From assembly GCA_038236695.1 (NCBI GenBank), contig JBBRZM010000004.1, positions 24,716-88,715 on the forward strand: a DNA stretch of 64,000 nucleotides. The letters run 5' to 3'. This document shows, one piece after another, positions 47,127 to 55,980 of the stretch (its first letter is position 1; each line of letters opens with the position of its first letter). The stretch is from Acidimicrobiia bacterium. Lineage in GTDB: Bacteria > Actinomycetota > Acidimicrobiia > IMCC26256 > JBBRZM01. Both the position numbers and the translations under genes were made by a program. The notes under the pieces are model-generated. The model ran no database searches and was not told the DNA's origin. It saw only the letters and a program-made list of their open reading frames with translations.

Positions 47127-48629
47127 TCAGGGCCAGACAGGGTCGCCCCAGGGGCTGGCGAGCCCGAGCTTGCCGGGATTGAGAATGCCGCGCGGATCGA
47201 GCACCTGCTTGACCGCGACGAGCACGTCGAACGCGTCGCCGAGCGCTTCGTGCACGAAGCGGGCCCGATTGAGCCCGACACCATGGTGATGACTGAGCGC
47301 ACCGCCGTGCTCGAGCACCGCGCGGGTGCCGGCATCCCACGCGGCCCGGTAATACTCCTCGCGCGCATCGGGAGGTGGCTGGCCGGCGAACGTGAAGTAG
47401 AGGCACGCACCGTCGGAGTAGGCGTGTGATTCGTGCGCCGAGGCGACGAGCGTGTGGTCAACGCCCTGAATCGCGGCCACGGCGTCGTGGTAGATGGCCG
47501 GGAGGGCCGACCACCGGGCCGCGATCTCCATCGTGTCGACCACGAGCCCGCGTGTGATCAGCGCCTCGAGCGCCGACACGTCGTTGCGGTGTGCCATCCA
47601 CTGCTCGACCAGACCGACGTCGAGTGCGGTGCCGCCGCTCGTCGTTGCTTCTTCCTCGACGATCTGCATCACGGGGTCGATCAACGCGCCGTCGCCCTCG
47701 TCGAGCGCGAGCAGGACATGACGGTCGCCGGTCTTGAAGCTGCGGTCGGCCTCGATCGCGTCGTACAAGCGCAGCACCGCGGGAGTCGCGCCGCGGTGCA
47801 ACACGCGCCGGCACGTCTCGAGGCCCGCCTCGAACGTGTCAAAGCCGTACGCGGTGCGCCGCTCCTGCGCCGGCGCGGCGTGCAGCCGGAGCCGGGCGCC
47901 GGTGATGACCCCGAGCGTTCCCTCGCTGCCGACGAACAGCTGGGTCAAGTCGGGCCCGACCGCGGCACGGGGCGCGCCGCCGGTGTGGATGATGCGACCG
48001 TCGGCGAGCGCGACGTCGAGACCGATGACGATGTCTTCGATCTTTCCGTAACGCGTTGACATCTGCCCGGCGCCGCGGCACGCGAGCCAGCCGCCCACGG
48101 TCGACAGGTCGATCGATTGCGGCCAGTGGCCGACGGTCACCTGATGTTCGGCCCGGACCGTCTGCTCCAACCAGGTGCCGAACGTGCCGGCGCGCACGTC
48201 GAGGATCATCGATTGTCGGTCGACGGCGATGATCCCGTCGAGGCCACACAGGTCGAGGAGCACACCGCCGTGCACGGGCACGCTCGCGCCGCAGACGCCG
48301 CTGCGACCGGCGGCCGGCGTCACGGGCACTCGCGCTTCGTTGCACACCTCGAGCACCGCCGCGACCTCGGCTGCCGACGAGGGACGGGCGACGGCCGCGG
48401 CGCGGGCGGCGACCTGGTTGTCGAGCGCCCAGATCATTGCCAGCGGCCACCAGTCGCGGCTGGCCTCGGCGAGCTCCGAGGCCTCGACGGTCACGGCCGC
48501 GCATGCGCTCCGAAGCCGGGTGAGCAGGGCGTCGTCGACGGTGACCGCCGGCGCCCGGAGGTGTGAGGTCGTCTCCGACGGATGGCCACCGAGCGAGATC
48601 GGAGGTGTGGGCGCGCCGCTCGCGCTCAC
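47127..48629 (-). CDS. FAD-linked oxidase (GlcD / alkyl-DHAP-synthase-like)
   Basis: SRDWWPLAMIW, PVTPAAGRSGVCGASVP FAD-binding region. GTG 48629 overlaps the glpD stop (GTGA). The 741-aa ORF was not accepted as one gene. Confidence 0.75.
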   Translation of the reverse strand: MSASGAPTPPISLGGHPSETTSHLRAPAVTVDDALLTRLRSACAAVTVEASELAEASRDWWPLAMIWALDNQVAARAAAVARPSSAAEVAAVLEVCNEARVPVTPAAGRSGVCGASVPVHGGVLLDLCGLDGIIAVDRQSMILDVRAGTFGTWLEQTVRAEHQVTVGHWPQSIDLSTVGGWLACRGAGQMSTRYGKIEDIVIGLDVALADGRIIHTGGAPRAAVGPDLTQLFVGSEGTLGVITGARLRLHAAPAQERRTAYGFDTFEAGLETCRRVLHRGATPAVLRLYDAIEADRSFKTGDRHVLLALDEGDGALIDPVMQIVEEEATTSGGTALDVGLVEQWMAHRNDVSALEALITRGLVVDTMEIAARWSALPAIYHDAVAAIQGVDHTLVASAHESHAYSDGACLYFTFAGQPPPDAREEYYRAAWDAGTRAVLEHGGALSHHHGVGLNRARFVHEALGDAFDVLVAVKQVLDPRGILNPGKLGLASPWGDPVWP

Positions 48630-50284
48630 GGGCCGAGTCTCGCGTCGAGCGCGATCTCCGGCAGATCGGCCGAGACACGCTCGTGCGTGACCGAGGCCCG
48701 GTACGCGTCGACTGCAGCCGCCTGCGCGGAGGCGTCCCACCCGAGATCCGGTCCGATCAACGCCGCGACCTCGTCGGCGACGGCCGCCGATGCGTCGCGC
48801 GCGAGCAGCCGCGCGCGCGTGCGGCGCGCGAGCACGTCGTCGAGGGTGCGTGCCATCTCGGCGCGCACCGCGTACACGGCCTCGGCCCGCAGGTAGGGCA
48901 GTCCCGGCACGAGCGTGTCGCCGAGCGTGGCGTCCTCGGCAATAAGAAGGCGAAGCTCGTCGGCGAGCGTCCCGTAGCGAAGGCCGAGGTGTTCGTGGCG
49001 GCTGGGTTCGTTGGTGGACGGCGGGGCGGTGAACGACTCGCCACCGAGCAGCCGGAGCCGCTTGGTGCGGCACTTCAACCCGCGCCGGCCGAGGTCGCGC
49101 GCCACGAGATCGACGGTGTCGGCGGACATGCGGCGGTAGGTCGTGAGCTTGCCGCCCGTGATCGTGATGACGCCGCTCTCGGAGCGCCGCACGGCGTGGC
49201 GACGCGAGAGGTCGGCGGTGCGAGAGCTGGCCGCCGTGCGCAGCAGTGGCCGGAGCCCGGCCCAGGTGCCGACGATGTCGTCTTCGGTCACCTTCTCCGT
49301 CGTGGCACCGTTGAGCGCGCCCAGGAGATACGACACGTCCTCGGCCGTGCACTGCGGATCGTCGATCGAGCCGTCGTAATCGGTATCGGTCGTGCCCACA
49401 TACGTGAGATCACCCCATGGGACAACGAACACCGACCGCCGGTCGCGCGGGACTGGCACGATCGCGGCGATGTCGTTGCGGACCTTCGTCCACGGCACCG
49501 TGATGTGCACTCCCTTCGCGGGGCGGATCGACTGTGGATGCGCACCCTCGTCGAGCGCCCGCACCTCGTCGGCCCACACGCCCGCGGCGTTGACGACGCT
49601 CGCGGCCCGCACGTCGAGCTGCGTGCCGTCGGCTTCGACCCGCGCACCGTTCACATGGCCCCGTTCGTCCTTCAGGAGCGACACGGCCGACGTGTGGTTC
49701 GCAAGCACCGCGCTGTTCGCGGCAGCCGTGCGGGCCAGTGTCAGCGTCAGCCGGGCATCGTCAGTCTGCGCGTCGTAGTAGATGTATGCGCCGGCGATAC
49801 GTTCACGCGCCAGCGTGGGCATGTGGGTGAGGGCCTCTTCGGTGTTGATCTTGCGGTGAAGCTTGCCGACCCGGAGCCCGCCCGTGAGGTCGTACATCCA
49901 CATCGCGCTGCCGAGAGCGCGAGCGAGCTTGCGGTTGATCAGGCCGCCCTTGGTGAAGATCGGGATGAGGAACGGCAGCACGCGCACGAGGTGGGGAGCG
50001 TTGCGCAGCGCGACTTGACGCTCGGCGAGCGCTTCGTAGACAAGGCGCACTTCGCCCTGCTGCAGGTAGCGGATGCCACCGTGCACGAGCTTCGATGATT
50101 TCGACGAGGTGCCCGACGCGAAATCGTCGCGTTCCACCAGGGCCGTGCGCAGGCCTCGCGAGGCCGCATCGAGCGCGACACCCGCGCCGGTGATGCCGCC
50201 GCCGATCACGAGCAGGTCGAACTGCTCATCGGCGAGCCGGCGGAGCGCGTCGGCGCGCTGGAACAACGACGACGTGGCAGCCAT
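48626..50284 (-). CDS. glpD: glycerol-3-phosphate dehydrogenase (FAD)
   Basis: FDLLVIGGGITGAGVALDAASRGL dinucleotide fold. ATG 50284 (MAATSSLFQ). Confidence 0.9.
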   Translation of the reverse strand: MAATSSLFQRADALRRLADEQFDLLVIGGGITGAGVALDAASRGLRTALVERDDFASGTSSKSSKLVHGGIRYLQQGEVRLVYEALAERQVALRNAPHLVRVLPFLIPIFTKGGLINRKLARALGSAMWMYDLTGGLRVGKLHRKINTEEALTHMPTLARERIAGAYIYYDAQTDDARLTLTLARTAAANSAVLANHTSAVSLLKDERGHVNGARVEADGTQLDVRAASVVNAAGVWADEVRALDEGAHPQSIRPAKGVHITVPWTKVRNDIAAIVPVPRDRRSVFVVPWGDLTYVGTTDTDYDGSIDDPQCTAEDVSYLLGALNGATTEKVTEDDIVGTWAGLRPLLRTAASSRTADLSRRHAVRRSESGVITITGGKLTTYRRMSADTVDLVARDLGRRGLKCRTKRLRLLGGESFTAPPSTNEPSRHEHLGLRYGTLADELRLLIAEDATLGDTLVPGLPYLRAEAVYAVRAEMARTLDDVLARRTRARLLARDASAAVADEVAALIGPDLGWDASAQAAAVDAYRASVTHERVSADLPEIALDARLGP

Positions 50285-50344
50285 TGCGCGCAGGTTACCG
50301 CCCGGTAGATGCTGGTCGCCGTGCCGGAGCGGCAACCGGCCCTG

Positions 50345-50836
50345 CCGGCGTCACCCGTGACCGCCGCCGGCTGTTCGCCGGCCGCACCGAAGTCGGTCAA
50401 GGCCTCTACGAGATCGACCCGGCCGGAACACGACCGCCACGGCTGGTCACCGCGCCCTGGGATAGCAATGCCTTTGCGTTCGGTCCCGACGGGCTGCTCT
50501 ACGGGCCGAAGAAGGGTTTCAACGGCGCCGGTGCGGTCGAAGAGGCCGACGTGAAGACCGGCGTGATCAAAGAAGTCAAGGTCGGGTTCAACTATCCGGT
50601 CGCGGTGAAGTTCGACGCCAAAGGCCGGTGCAATGTGTTGTCGACCGCGCCCGCGGCTCCAGCGCCTTGACATGAAGACGGGCGTCCTCACCGACGTCGC
50701 CAAGCCGCTCACGCCGATCGTCGACAACTTCGCGTTCGACGGGCACGGCCGGATCTTCATCTCGAGTTTCACCGAGCCGGTACTCACCGTCGTTGCGGCT
50801 GACGGTACGACGTCGATGCTGAATATCGGGAGCTGA
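50345..50836 (+). pseudogene. remnant of a beta-propeller (SMP-30/NHL-like) protein, N-terminally truncated and frameshifted
   Basis: GLYEIDPAG...FAFGPDGLLYGP...VAVKFDAKGR in one frame, then LDMKTGVLTDVAKPL..NFAFDGHGRIFISS in the +1 frame. The frame switches near 50650. Confidence 0.5.
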
Positions 50837-50854
50837 CGCGTCCCGCGCACGCGC

Positions 50855-51208
50855 TCAGATCACTTCGCCTGCTGTGTCGTCGTCGGTGACGATTGGGAGC
50901 CCGGCCGCGACCCACGCCTGCAACCCGCCGGAGATGTTGACCGCGTCGTGGCCCCAGGCCAGCAGCGCTGCGGTCACCTTGGCCGAGCGGGCACCCGAAC
51001 GGCAGACGACGACGATCTCCTTGTGGACAGGAAGCTCGGCGCGGCGCATCTGCATCTCGCGCAGCGGTATCCACACCGCGCCCGCGACATGGCCGGCGCT
51101 CCACTCGTCGTCCTCGCGCACGTCGAGCAGCAACGCGCCGGCGTCGATCCGGCGCTTGCTCTCCTCGGCGTCGGCCGCCGGCACCGGCGTGCCGCGCTGC
51201 ACGTTCAC
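50855..51208 (-). CDS. single-domain rhodanese (sulfurtransferase)
   Basis: Active-site loop VVVCRSGARS. GTG 51208 overlaps the upstream stop (GTGA). Confidence 0.75.
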   Translation of the reverse strand: MNVQRGTPVPAADAEESKRRIDAGALLLDVREDDEWSAGHVAGAVWIPLREMQMRRAELPVHKEIVVVCRSGARSAKVTAALLAWGHDAVNISGGLQAWVAAGLPIVTDDDTAGEVI

Positions 51209-52587
51209 CTTCGAGCCCTCTCGAGCGCACTCCAGGCCTCGTAACCACCGAGCAAGTCGCTCACGTCGTCGAAGCCACGCGCGGCAAGCACACTCGCGGC
51301 GATCGCCGACCGGTAGCCGCTCGCGCAATAGACGACCGTGGGCCGCGTCGGGTCCAACCGCTCCAGCTCGGCAGTGAGCCGGGGAAGCGGTGCGCTGTGC
51401 GCGCCCGCCAGCGCGCCAGCGCTGAGCTCAGCGGGGTTGCGTACGTCGAGCACCTGGACCGCGTCGAGACGGGCCAGCCGATCGGCGAGCTCGTTCGCAG
51501 TGAGACGCGAGCTGCGCACGACCTGATCGGGCCGTGCCAGGAACGCGGAAACGGACTCGTCGAGCACGCCGACGATCCGGTCGAAGCCGATGCGCGCGAG
51601 CCGCACCTTCGCTTCGAGCCCGGCGCCAGGTTCGGCGACGAGCACGATCGTCTGCTCGGCGCGCAGCACATCGCCCACGTACTCGGCGAAGCGGCCCCGG
51701 AGGCCGACGTTGATCGCGCCGCGGAGGTGGCCCGCGGCGAACTCCGCCGGCTCGCGCGCGTCGAGCACGACCGCGCCCTCCCGCTGCGCGGCGAGCACGT
51801 CGTCGATCGTCATCGGCGCGGGCGGTGTCTCCTCCTCGAGCAGCGAATGCGTTTCGCGGTTGCGCTGCGCGTCGAAAGAGAAGTAACCGGGCTGCAAGGG
51901 CTGCCCCTCGGTCACGAGCGTCACGAACTCGTCTTCGTTCATCGGCTGCAACGCGTAGTTGTGCGCTCGCTGTTCGCCGATCGTCGACTGCGTCTCGGTC
52001 GACAGTTGCTTGCCGCACGCGGAACCGGCGCCATGCGCAGGGAACACCCGCGTGGCGTCGGGCAGGGGGAGCAACTGGTCGCGCAGCGAGTGGTAGAGCT
52101 CGTGAGCGAGCCCGTCGACGGAGAGGCCGGCCGAAACGAGAAGGTCGGGTCGCCCGACGTCGCCGATGAACAGCGTGTCGCCCGTCAGTACGCCGTACGG
52201 AATGTGATCGTCGCGGTGTTCGTAAACGACGAGGCTGATCGACTCGGGGGTGTGCCCGGGTGTCGCGAGCACCCGGAGCGTCACATCGCCGAGGAGCAAT
52301 GTGTCACCGTCCGCAAGTCGTTCGATCGGGAAGTCGACGCGGACGGCCTCGCCGTACGAGATCACGGCGCCGGTTCGCGACGCGAGCTCGAGATGGCCAC
52401 TGAGGAAGTCGGCGTGCACGTGCGTCTCGATGACCCGTTCGATGGCGAGTCCCTGCGCGTCGGCGTCGCTGACGTATCCCGAGATGTCTCGCTGCGGGTC
52501 GACCACGACGGCACGACCCGTGGTCTCATCGCCCACGAGGTACGACGCGTGCGACAAGCAATCGAGGTAGTACTGGGTGAAGATCAC
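51205..52587 (-). CDS. MBL-fold persulfide-dioxygenase-like enzyme fused to two rhodanese domains
   Basis: VIFTQYYLDCLSHASYLVGD, metal motif THVHADFLSGH, C-terminal rhodanese loop VVYCASGYRS. GTGA-coupled start at 52587. Confidence 0.8.
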   Translation of the reverse strand: MIFTQYYLDCLSHASYLVGDETTGRAVVVDPQRDISGYVSDADAQGLAIERVIETHVHADFLSGHLELASRTGAVISYGEAVRVDFPIERLADGDTLLLGDVTLRVLATPGHTPESISLVVYEHRDDHIPYGVLTGDTLFIGDVGRPDLLVSAGLSVDGLAHELYHSLRDQLLPLPDATRVFPAHGAGSACGKQLSTETQSTIGEQRAHNYALQPMNEDEFVTLVTEGQPLQPGYFSFDAQRNRETHSLLEEETPPAPMTIDDVLAAQREGAVVLDAREPAEFAAGHLRGAINVGLRGRFAEYVGDVLRAEQTIVLVAEPGAGLEAKVRLARIGFDRIVGVLDESVSAFLARPDQVVRSSRLTANELADRLARLDAVQVLDVRNPAELSAGALAGAHSAPLPRLTAELERLDPTRPTVVYCASGYRSAIAASVLAARGFDDVSDLLGGYEAWSALERARR

Positions 52588-54008
52588 GATTCGAGCTGAG
52601 CGAACAAGTTGGCGTACTGCTCGAGGTGGCGGTCGCCGAGGAACTCGTTGATCGCGCGCTGGTGGCCGCTCTCCGCCAGTTGCTTGGCGTACGCGCCGTC
52701 GTCGAGCAATCGGTTGAGTGCCTCGCCGAACGAGCCGAGGTCGTGGGGATCGTCGATGAGGATGCCGTGCACACCGCTCACGATCTGGTCGGAGATCCCG
52801 CCGACGGCCGACGCGACAACGGGTCGCGTTTTCCACATGGCCTCGGCGACAGTGAGCCCGAAACCCTCCGCGATCGATTTTTGGGTCACGATCGTCGAAT
52901 GGCGCTGCAGCGCGTTGACGATCGTCGCGGCTTCATCGGAGTCGGTCATCGGCACGCACGCGAGGTGGATGCGACGGCGGGAACGCGCGGGCAGCTTCCG
53001 CCACGTGTCCATGCAGTCGTGCAGGATCATTGCGCCCTCGGGATCATCGGTCACGCCGGCGACGCTGGGCCCTGCGAGCACGAGATGCACCTCCTGTGCC
53101 GTGACGTACTCGCTGAACGCGGTCATCACCCCGGCCATGTCCTTCATGGAGTCCCAGCGCGACGCCTGCATCACGAGCGGCGCGTCGGCTGGGGGCGCGG
53201 GACCGGTCTGCAGGATGTCGACGTGGCGGTCGATGCGGCCGGGCGAACCGTCGCGTCGGGTGAAGGTTGCGAGGGGCTGATGGCCGCCACCGTCGATGAT
53301 GCCGACGTACTGGAGCGCGACCACCACGTCGTCGGGCGTCATCGGCTCGTTCTTCGCCGAAAACGGGTCGATCGACGGTGGAATCACGTGGAGGCGAGTG
53401 CGGTCGAGCCACGGCGGCGCGAACTGGGCCCGCGAGAACACGAACGCGTCGACCGGCTCGAGATACGGCCGGAGGAACTCCCACCCGAGCTCCGCATGCT
53501 CGTTCATGTAGTCGACACCAATGTGACAACGCCACACGACGGTCGCGCCGGCCTCCTTGACCCGTGCCGCAAGGCCGGCCGTCTGCGGATCATGCAGCAG
53601 CACGATGTCGCGCGGGCGCACGTCTTCCAGCAGCGCGGGCACGTTGTCGGCCAACGTCGCCTCGTAATGGGCGCGTTCACTCGAGGAGAGCGCACCGCCG
53701 TCGCCGGGTGAGTTGTACAGGTGGTTGTGCAGACGCTTCGTGATCTTGAAGAACTCGGGATTGCCCTCGATCACGTCCCACTGGGTGTCGATCCCCGCCC
53801 CTCGCACGTAGGCGAGCAGACTCGTGAGCATCTCGGCGACACCGCCGCCGGTCGCGGTGGAATTGACGTTGAGCACGGTACGGCCCGCGAGCAGTCCGCG
53901 TCCGACGGCCGCGACGGCCTCGAATCTGGCGGAGCGCTCGGCACCGATGACCGGCGTGAGGCGTGCGGGGCTGAGCGCCTGCACATCGACCCGCTCCAAT
54001 GTCGCCAT
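52584..54008 (-). CDS. GT4 glycosyltransferase, TreT (trehalose glycosyltransferring synthase)-like
   Basis: LNVNSTATGGGVAEMLTSLLAYVRGAGIDTQWDVIEGNPEFFKITKRLHNHL resembles the TreT N-terminal region as I remember it. C-terminal GT1/GT4 EGFGLTVAEAMW. Confidence 0.65.
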   Translation of the reverse strand: MATLERVDVQALSPARLTPVIGAERSARFEAVAAVGRGLLAGRTVLNVNSTATGGGVAEMLTSLLAYVRGAGIDTQWDVIEGNPEFFKITKRLHNHLYNSPGDGGALSSSERAHYEATLADNVPALLEDVRPRDIVLLHDPQTAGLAARVKEAGATVVWRCHIGVDYMNEHAELGWEFLRPYLEPVDAFVFSRAQFAPPWLDRTRLHVIPPSIDPFSAKNEPMTPDDVVVALQYVGIIDGGGHQPLATFTRRDGSPGRIDRHVDILQTGPAPPADAPLVMQASRWDSMKDMAGVMTAFSEYVTAQEVHLVLAGPSVAGVTDDPEGAMILHDCMDTWRKLPARSRRRIHLACVPMTDSDEAATIVNALQRHSTIVTQKSIAEGFGLTVAEAMWKTRPVVASAVGGISDQIVSGVHGILIDDPHDLGSFGEALNRLLDDGAYAKQLAESGHQRAINEFLGDRHLEQYANLFAQLES

Positions 54009-54064
54009 GCGGTCAGCCTTTCAGGGACTCCTGCCCGGACGTAGATGTTGGCACGATCACAGGC

Positions 54065-54706
54065 TCAGTTTCCCGGGGCGACGAGCAGCTTGCGCACTTC
54101 CTCGTCGGTCGTCGGTGAGAAATCGTCGTACCAGGCACCGACGGCGCCGAAGCCGGCCGGGCGCACCGGGCAGACGAGGGCGTCGACCTGCGACTCGAGC
54201 GACCGGCACGTCTCGGGCGCGCCCACTGGCACGGCCACGACGATGCGGGACGGATCGCGGCGGCGTAACGCTGCGACCGCGGCAGTCATCGACGCGCCGG
54301 TTGCCAGGCCGTCGTCGACGAGGATCGCCGTGTGGCCGGTGACGAGCGGTGGGGGGCGGTCGTCGCGATACTCGCGCTCGCGACGGTGCAGCTCGCGCTC
54401 CTCGATGGCGGCAACGCGTTCGATCTCGTCCGGCGGTACGCGTGCCTTCGCGATCACGTCGTTGTTGAGCACGCGCACGCCGCCGGAGGCGATGGCGCCC
54501 ATCGCGAGCTCCTCGAATCCCGGCACGCCGAGCTTGCGCACGAGGAACACGTCAAGCGGCGCGTGCAACGCACGGGCAACCTCTGCAGCCACCGGTACGC
54601 CACCACGCGCCAGGCCCAGGACAATCGTGCGCGGTTGGTCGGCGTAGCGCTCGAGGAGCCGGGCCAACGCGCGGCCGGCCTCACTCCGATTCGCGAACTT
54701 GGTCAT
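54065..54706 (-). CDS. phosphoribosyltransferase-family protein
   Basis: IVLGLARGGVPVA and the PRPP-binding loop AILVDDGLATGASM. Confidence 0.7.
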   Translation of the reverse strand: MTKFANRSEAGRALARLLERYADQPRTIVLGLARGGVPVAAEVARALHAPLDVFLVRKLGVPGFEELAMGAIASGGVRVLNNDVIAKARVPPDEIERVAAIEERELHRREREYRDDRPPPLVTGHTAILVDDGLATGASMTAAVAALRRRDPSRIVVAVPVGAPETCRSLESQVDALVCPVRPAGFGAVGAWYDDFSPTTDEEVRKLLVAPGN

Positions 54707-54787
54707 ACCACCATGATCCCCTTGGGCGGCCCGGCGTCAACAAACGATGCGACGTCACGCGGGACGGGTTGTGGATCCGGGAGCGGT

Positions 54788-55897
54788 TCAGCGGCGGCGA
54801 GCGGTTGCGGCCCCCGCCTTCCGCTTGGCCGCCTTCTTCTTGACCGCCGCCTGCTTGGCGGGCTTCTTGGCGCCCGCCTTCTTCTTGGCCGCCGGCTTGG
54901 CGCCCATCTCCTTGACCGCTCGGCTCTTCGCTCGCTTCTTCGCCGCTGATGCCTTCTTGGCGGCAGGCTTGCGTGCCGGCGACGCGGTCTTCGCGACCGT
55001 ACGCCCTTTCTTGGCCGGGCGTCGCTTCGCCACGACCGGTGCGAGCGCGAGGTCGATGCCCCGGCGAGGCGCGTCGACCGCTTGCACGACGAACTGACGC
55101 GTCTCACCCTTTTTCAGCACCGACTTGACGCTGGTCGGAGGCGGATCGCCGAGCCCCGCGAGCGGCGCGTAACAGCGCACACCATCGACCGTCACATGGC
55201 CGCCGTGCGACGAGAACTCCACCACCTCACCGGTCACCTCCGAGCCGATCGGATGGTCGATGACGAACTTGAGGAACCGCTTGGGCTCATTGACCGCTGC
55301 CGGTTGTGCCGTGGACGGCTCCGCCGGTGACTTTCGGCCGCCGCGCTTGCGCGGCCGCTTCTTGGGCTTTGCCTCTGGAGCGAGCGCGCTCTTCGTCGCC
55401 TCCTCGATCGCGGCCTTGACCTCCTTCTTGCTCTTGCCGTCGCTCTTCGCATCGCGCATCGCCTTGTCGCTCTTCGCCCCCCGCACGGGCGACCGAAGCG
55501 AGAAGATCCAACCGACTGCGGGTACCGGCTTGCCGCCGATCAGCCGTCCCGGGTCGAAGAGCCAGGCGTACTGGCCGTGGAACTCCTGGAACGAGTCGTT
55601 GGACAGCACGGCGGCGCCGGTGCGGTCGGCGATCTGGAGCAGGAAGCCGTCGCCACGCCCGATTGCACCGGCCGGTGGCGAGACCAGCACGCCCTTCTCC
55701 TCGGCCTTGTCGTAGCGCTTGCGTTCCGCGGAATCGATGCGGTGCTCGAACGACGCGTCGACCACAACGGTGATGTCAGCGGCCGGGTACTCCTCGCGAA
55801 AAGCCGTGACTGCGTCGTCGAGCTGCTTGAGGCTCGGCGTGCTCCGGCCCTCGGTCGCGATGTTGGAGCCGTCGATGACGACATGGTGGGTGGTCAT
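54788..55897 (-). CDS. Zc3h12a/NYN-like RNase domain, S1-like domain and Lys/Ala-rich basic tail
   Basis: HVVIDGSNIATEG and GDGFLLQIADRTGAAVLSNDSFQEF (Zc3h12a-type NYN). GSEVTGEVVEFSSHGGHVTVDGVRCYAPL (S1-like). Tail AKKASAAKKRAK...AAKKKAGAKKPAKQAAVKKKAAKRKA. Confidence 0.6.
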   Translation of the reverse strand: MTTHHVVIDGSNIATEGRSTPSLKQLDDAVTAFREEYPAADITVVVDASFEHRIDSAERKRYDKAEEKGVLVSPPAGAIGRGDGFLLQIADRTGAAVLSNDSFQEFHGQYAWLFDPGRLIGGKPVPAVGWIFSLRSPVRGAKSDKAMRDAKSDGKSKKEVKAAIEEATKSALAPEAKPKKRPRKRGGRKSPAEPSTAQPAAVNEPKRFLKFVIDHPIGSEVTGEVVEFSSHGGHVTVDGVRCYAPLAGLGDPPPTSVKSVLKKGETRQFVVQAVDAPRRGIDLALAPVVAKRRPAKKGRTVAKTASPARKPAAKKASAAKKRAKSRAVKEMGAKPAAKKKAGAKKPAKQAAVKKKAAKRKAGAATARRR

Positions 55898-55980
55898 CGC
55901 CGTAGTTCAGCCGCGATGTCGCGCACGCGCCAGCGCGGCGGGTTGCACACCGGCCGCGACACCCCACCCTCCGGCGCCCA

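Noticed and set aside
47127-49352. 741-aa ORF read as a single gene, and likewise 59256-61718 (820 aa) and 51205-52836 (543 aa)
   Set aside because: The N-terminal extensions overlap the upstream gene's coding region and look like Arg-rich noise. In each case a GTG that overlaps the upstream stop (GTGA) gives a protein of family-typical length and N-terminus.
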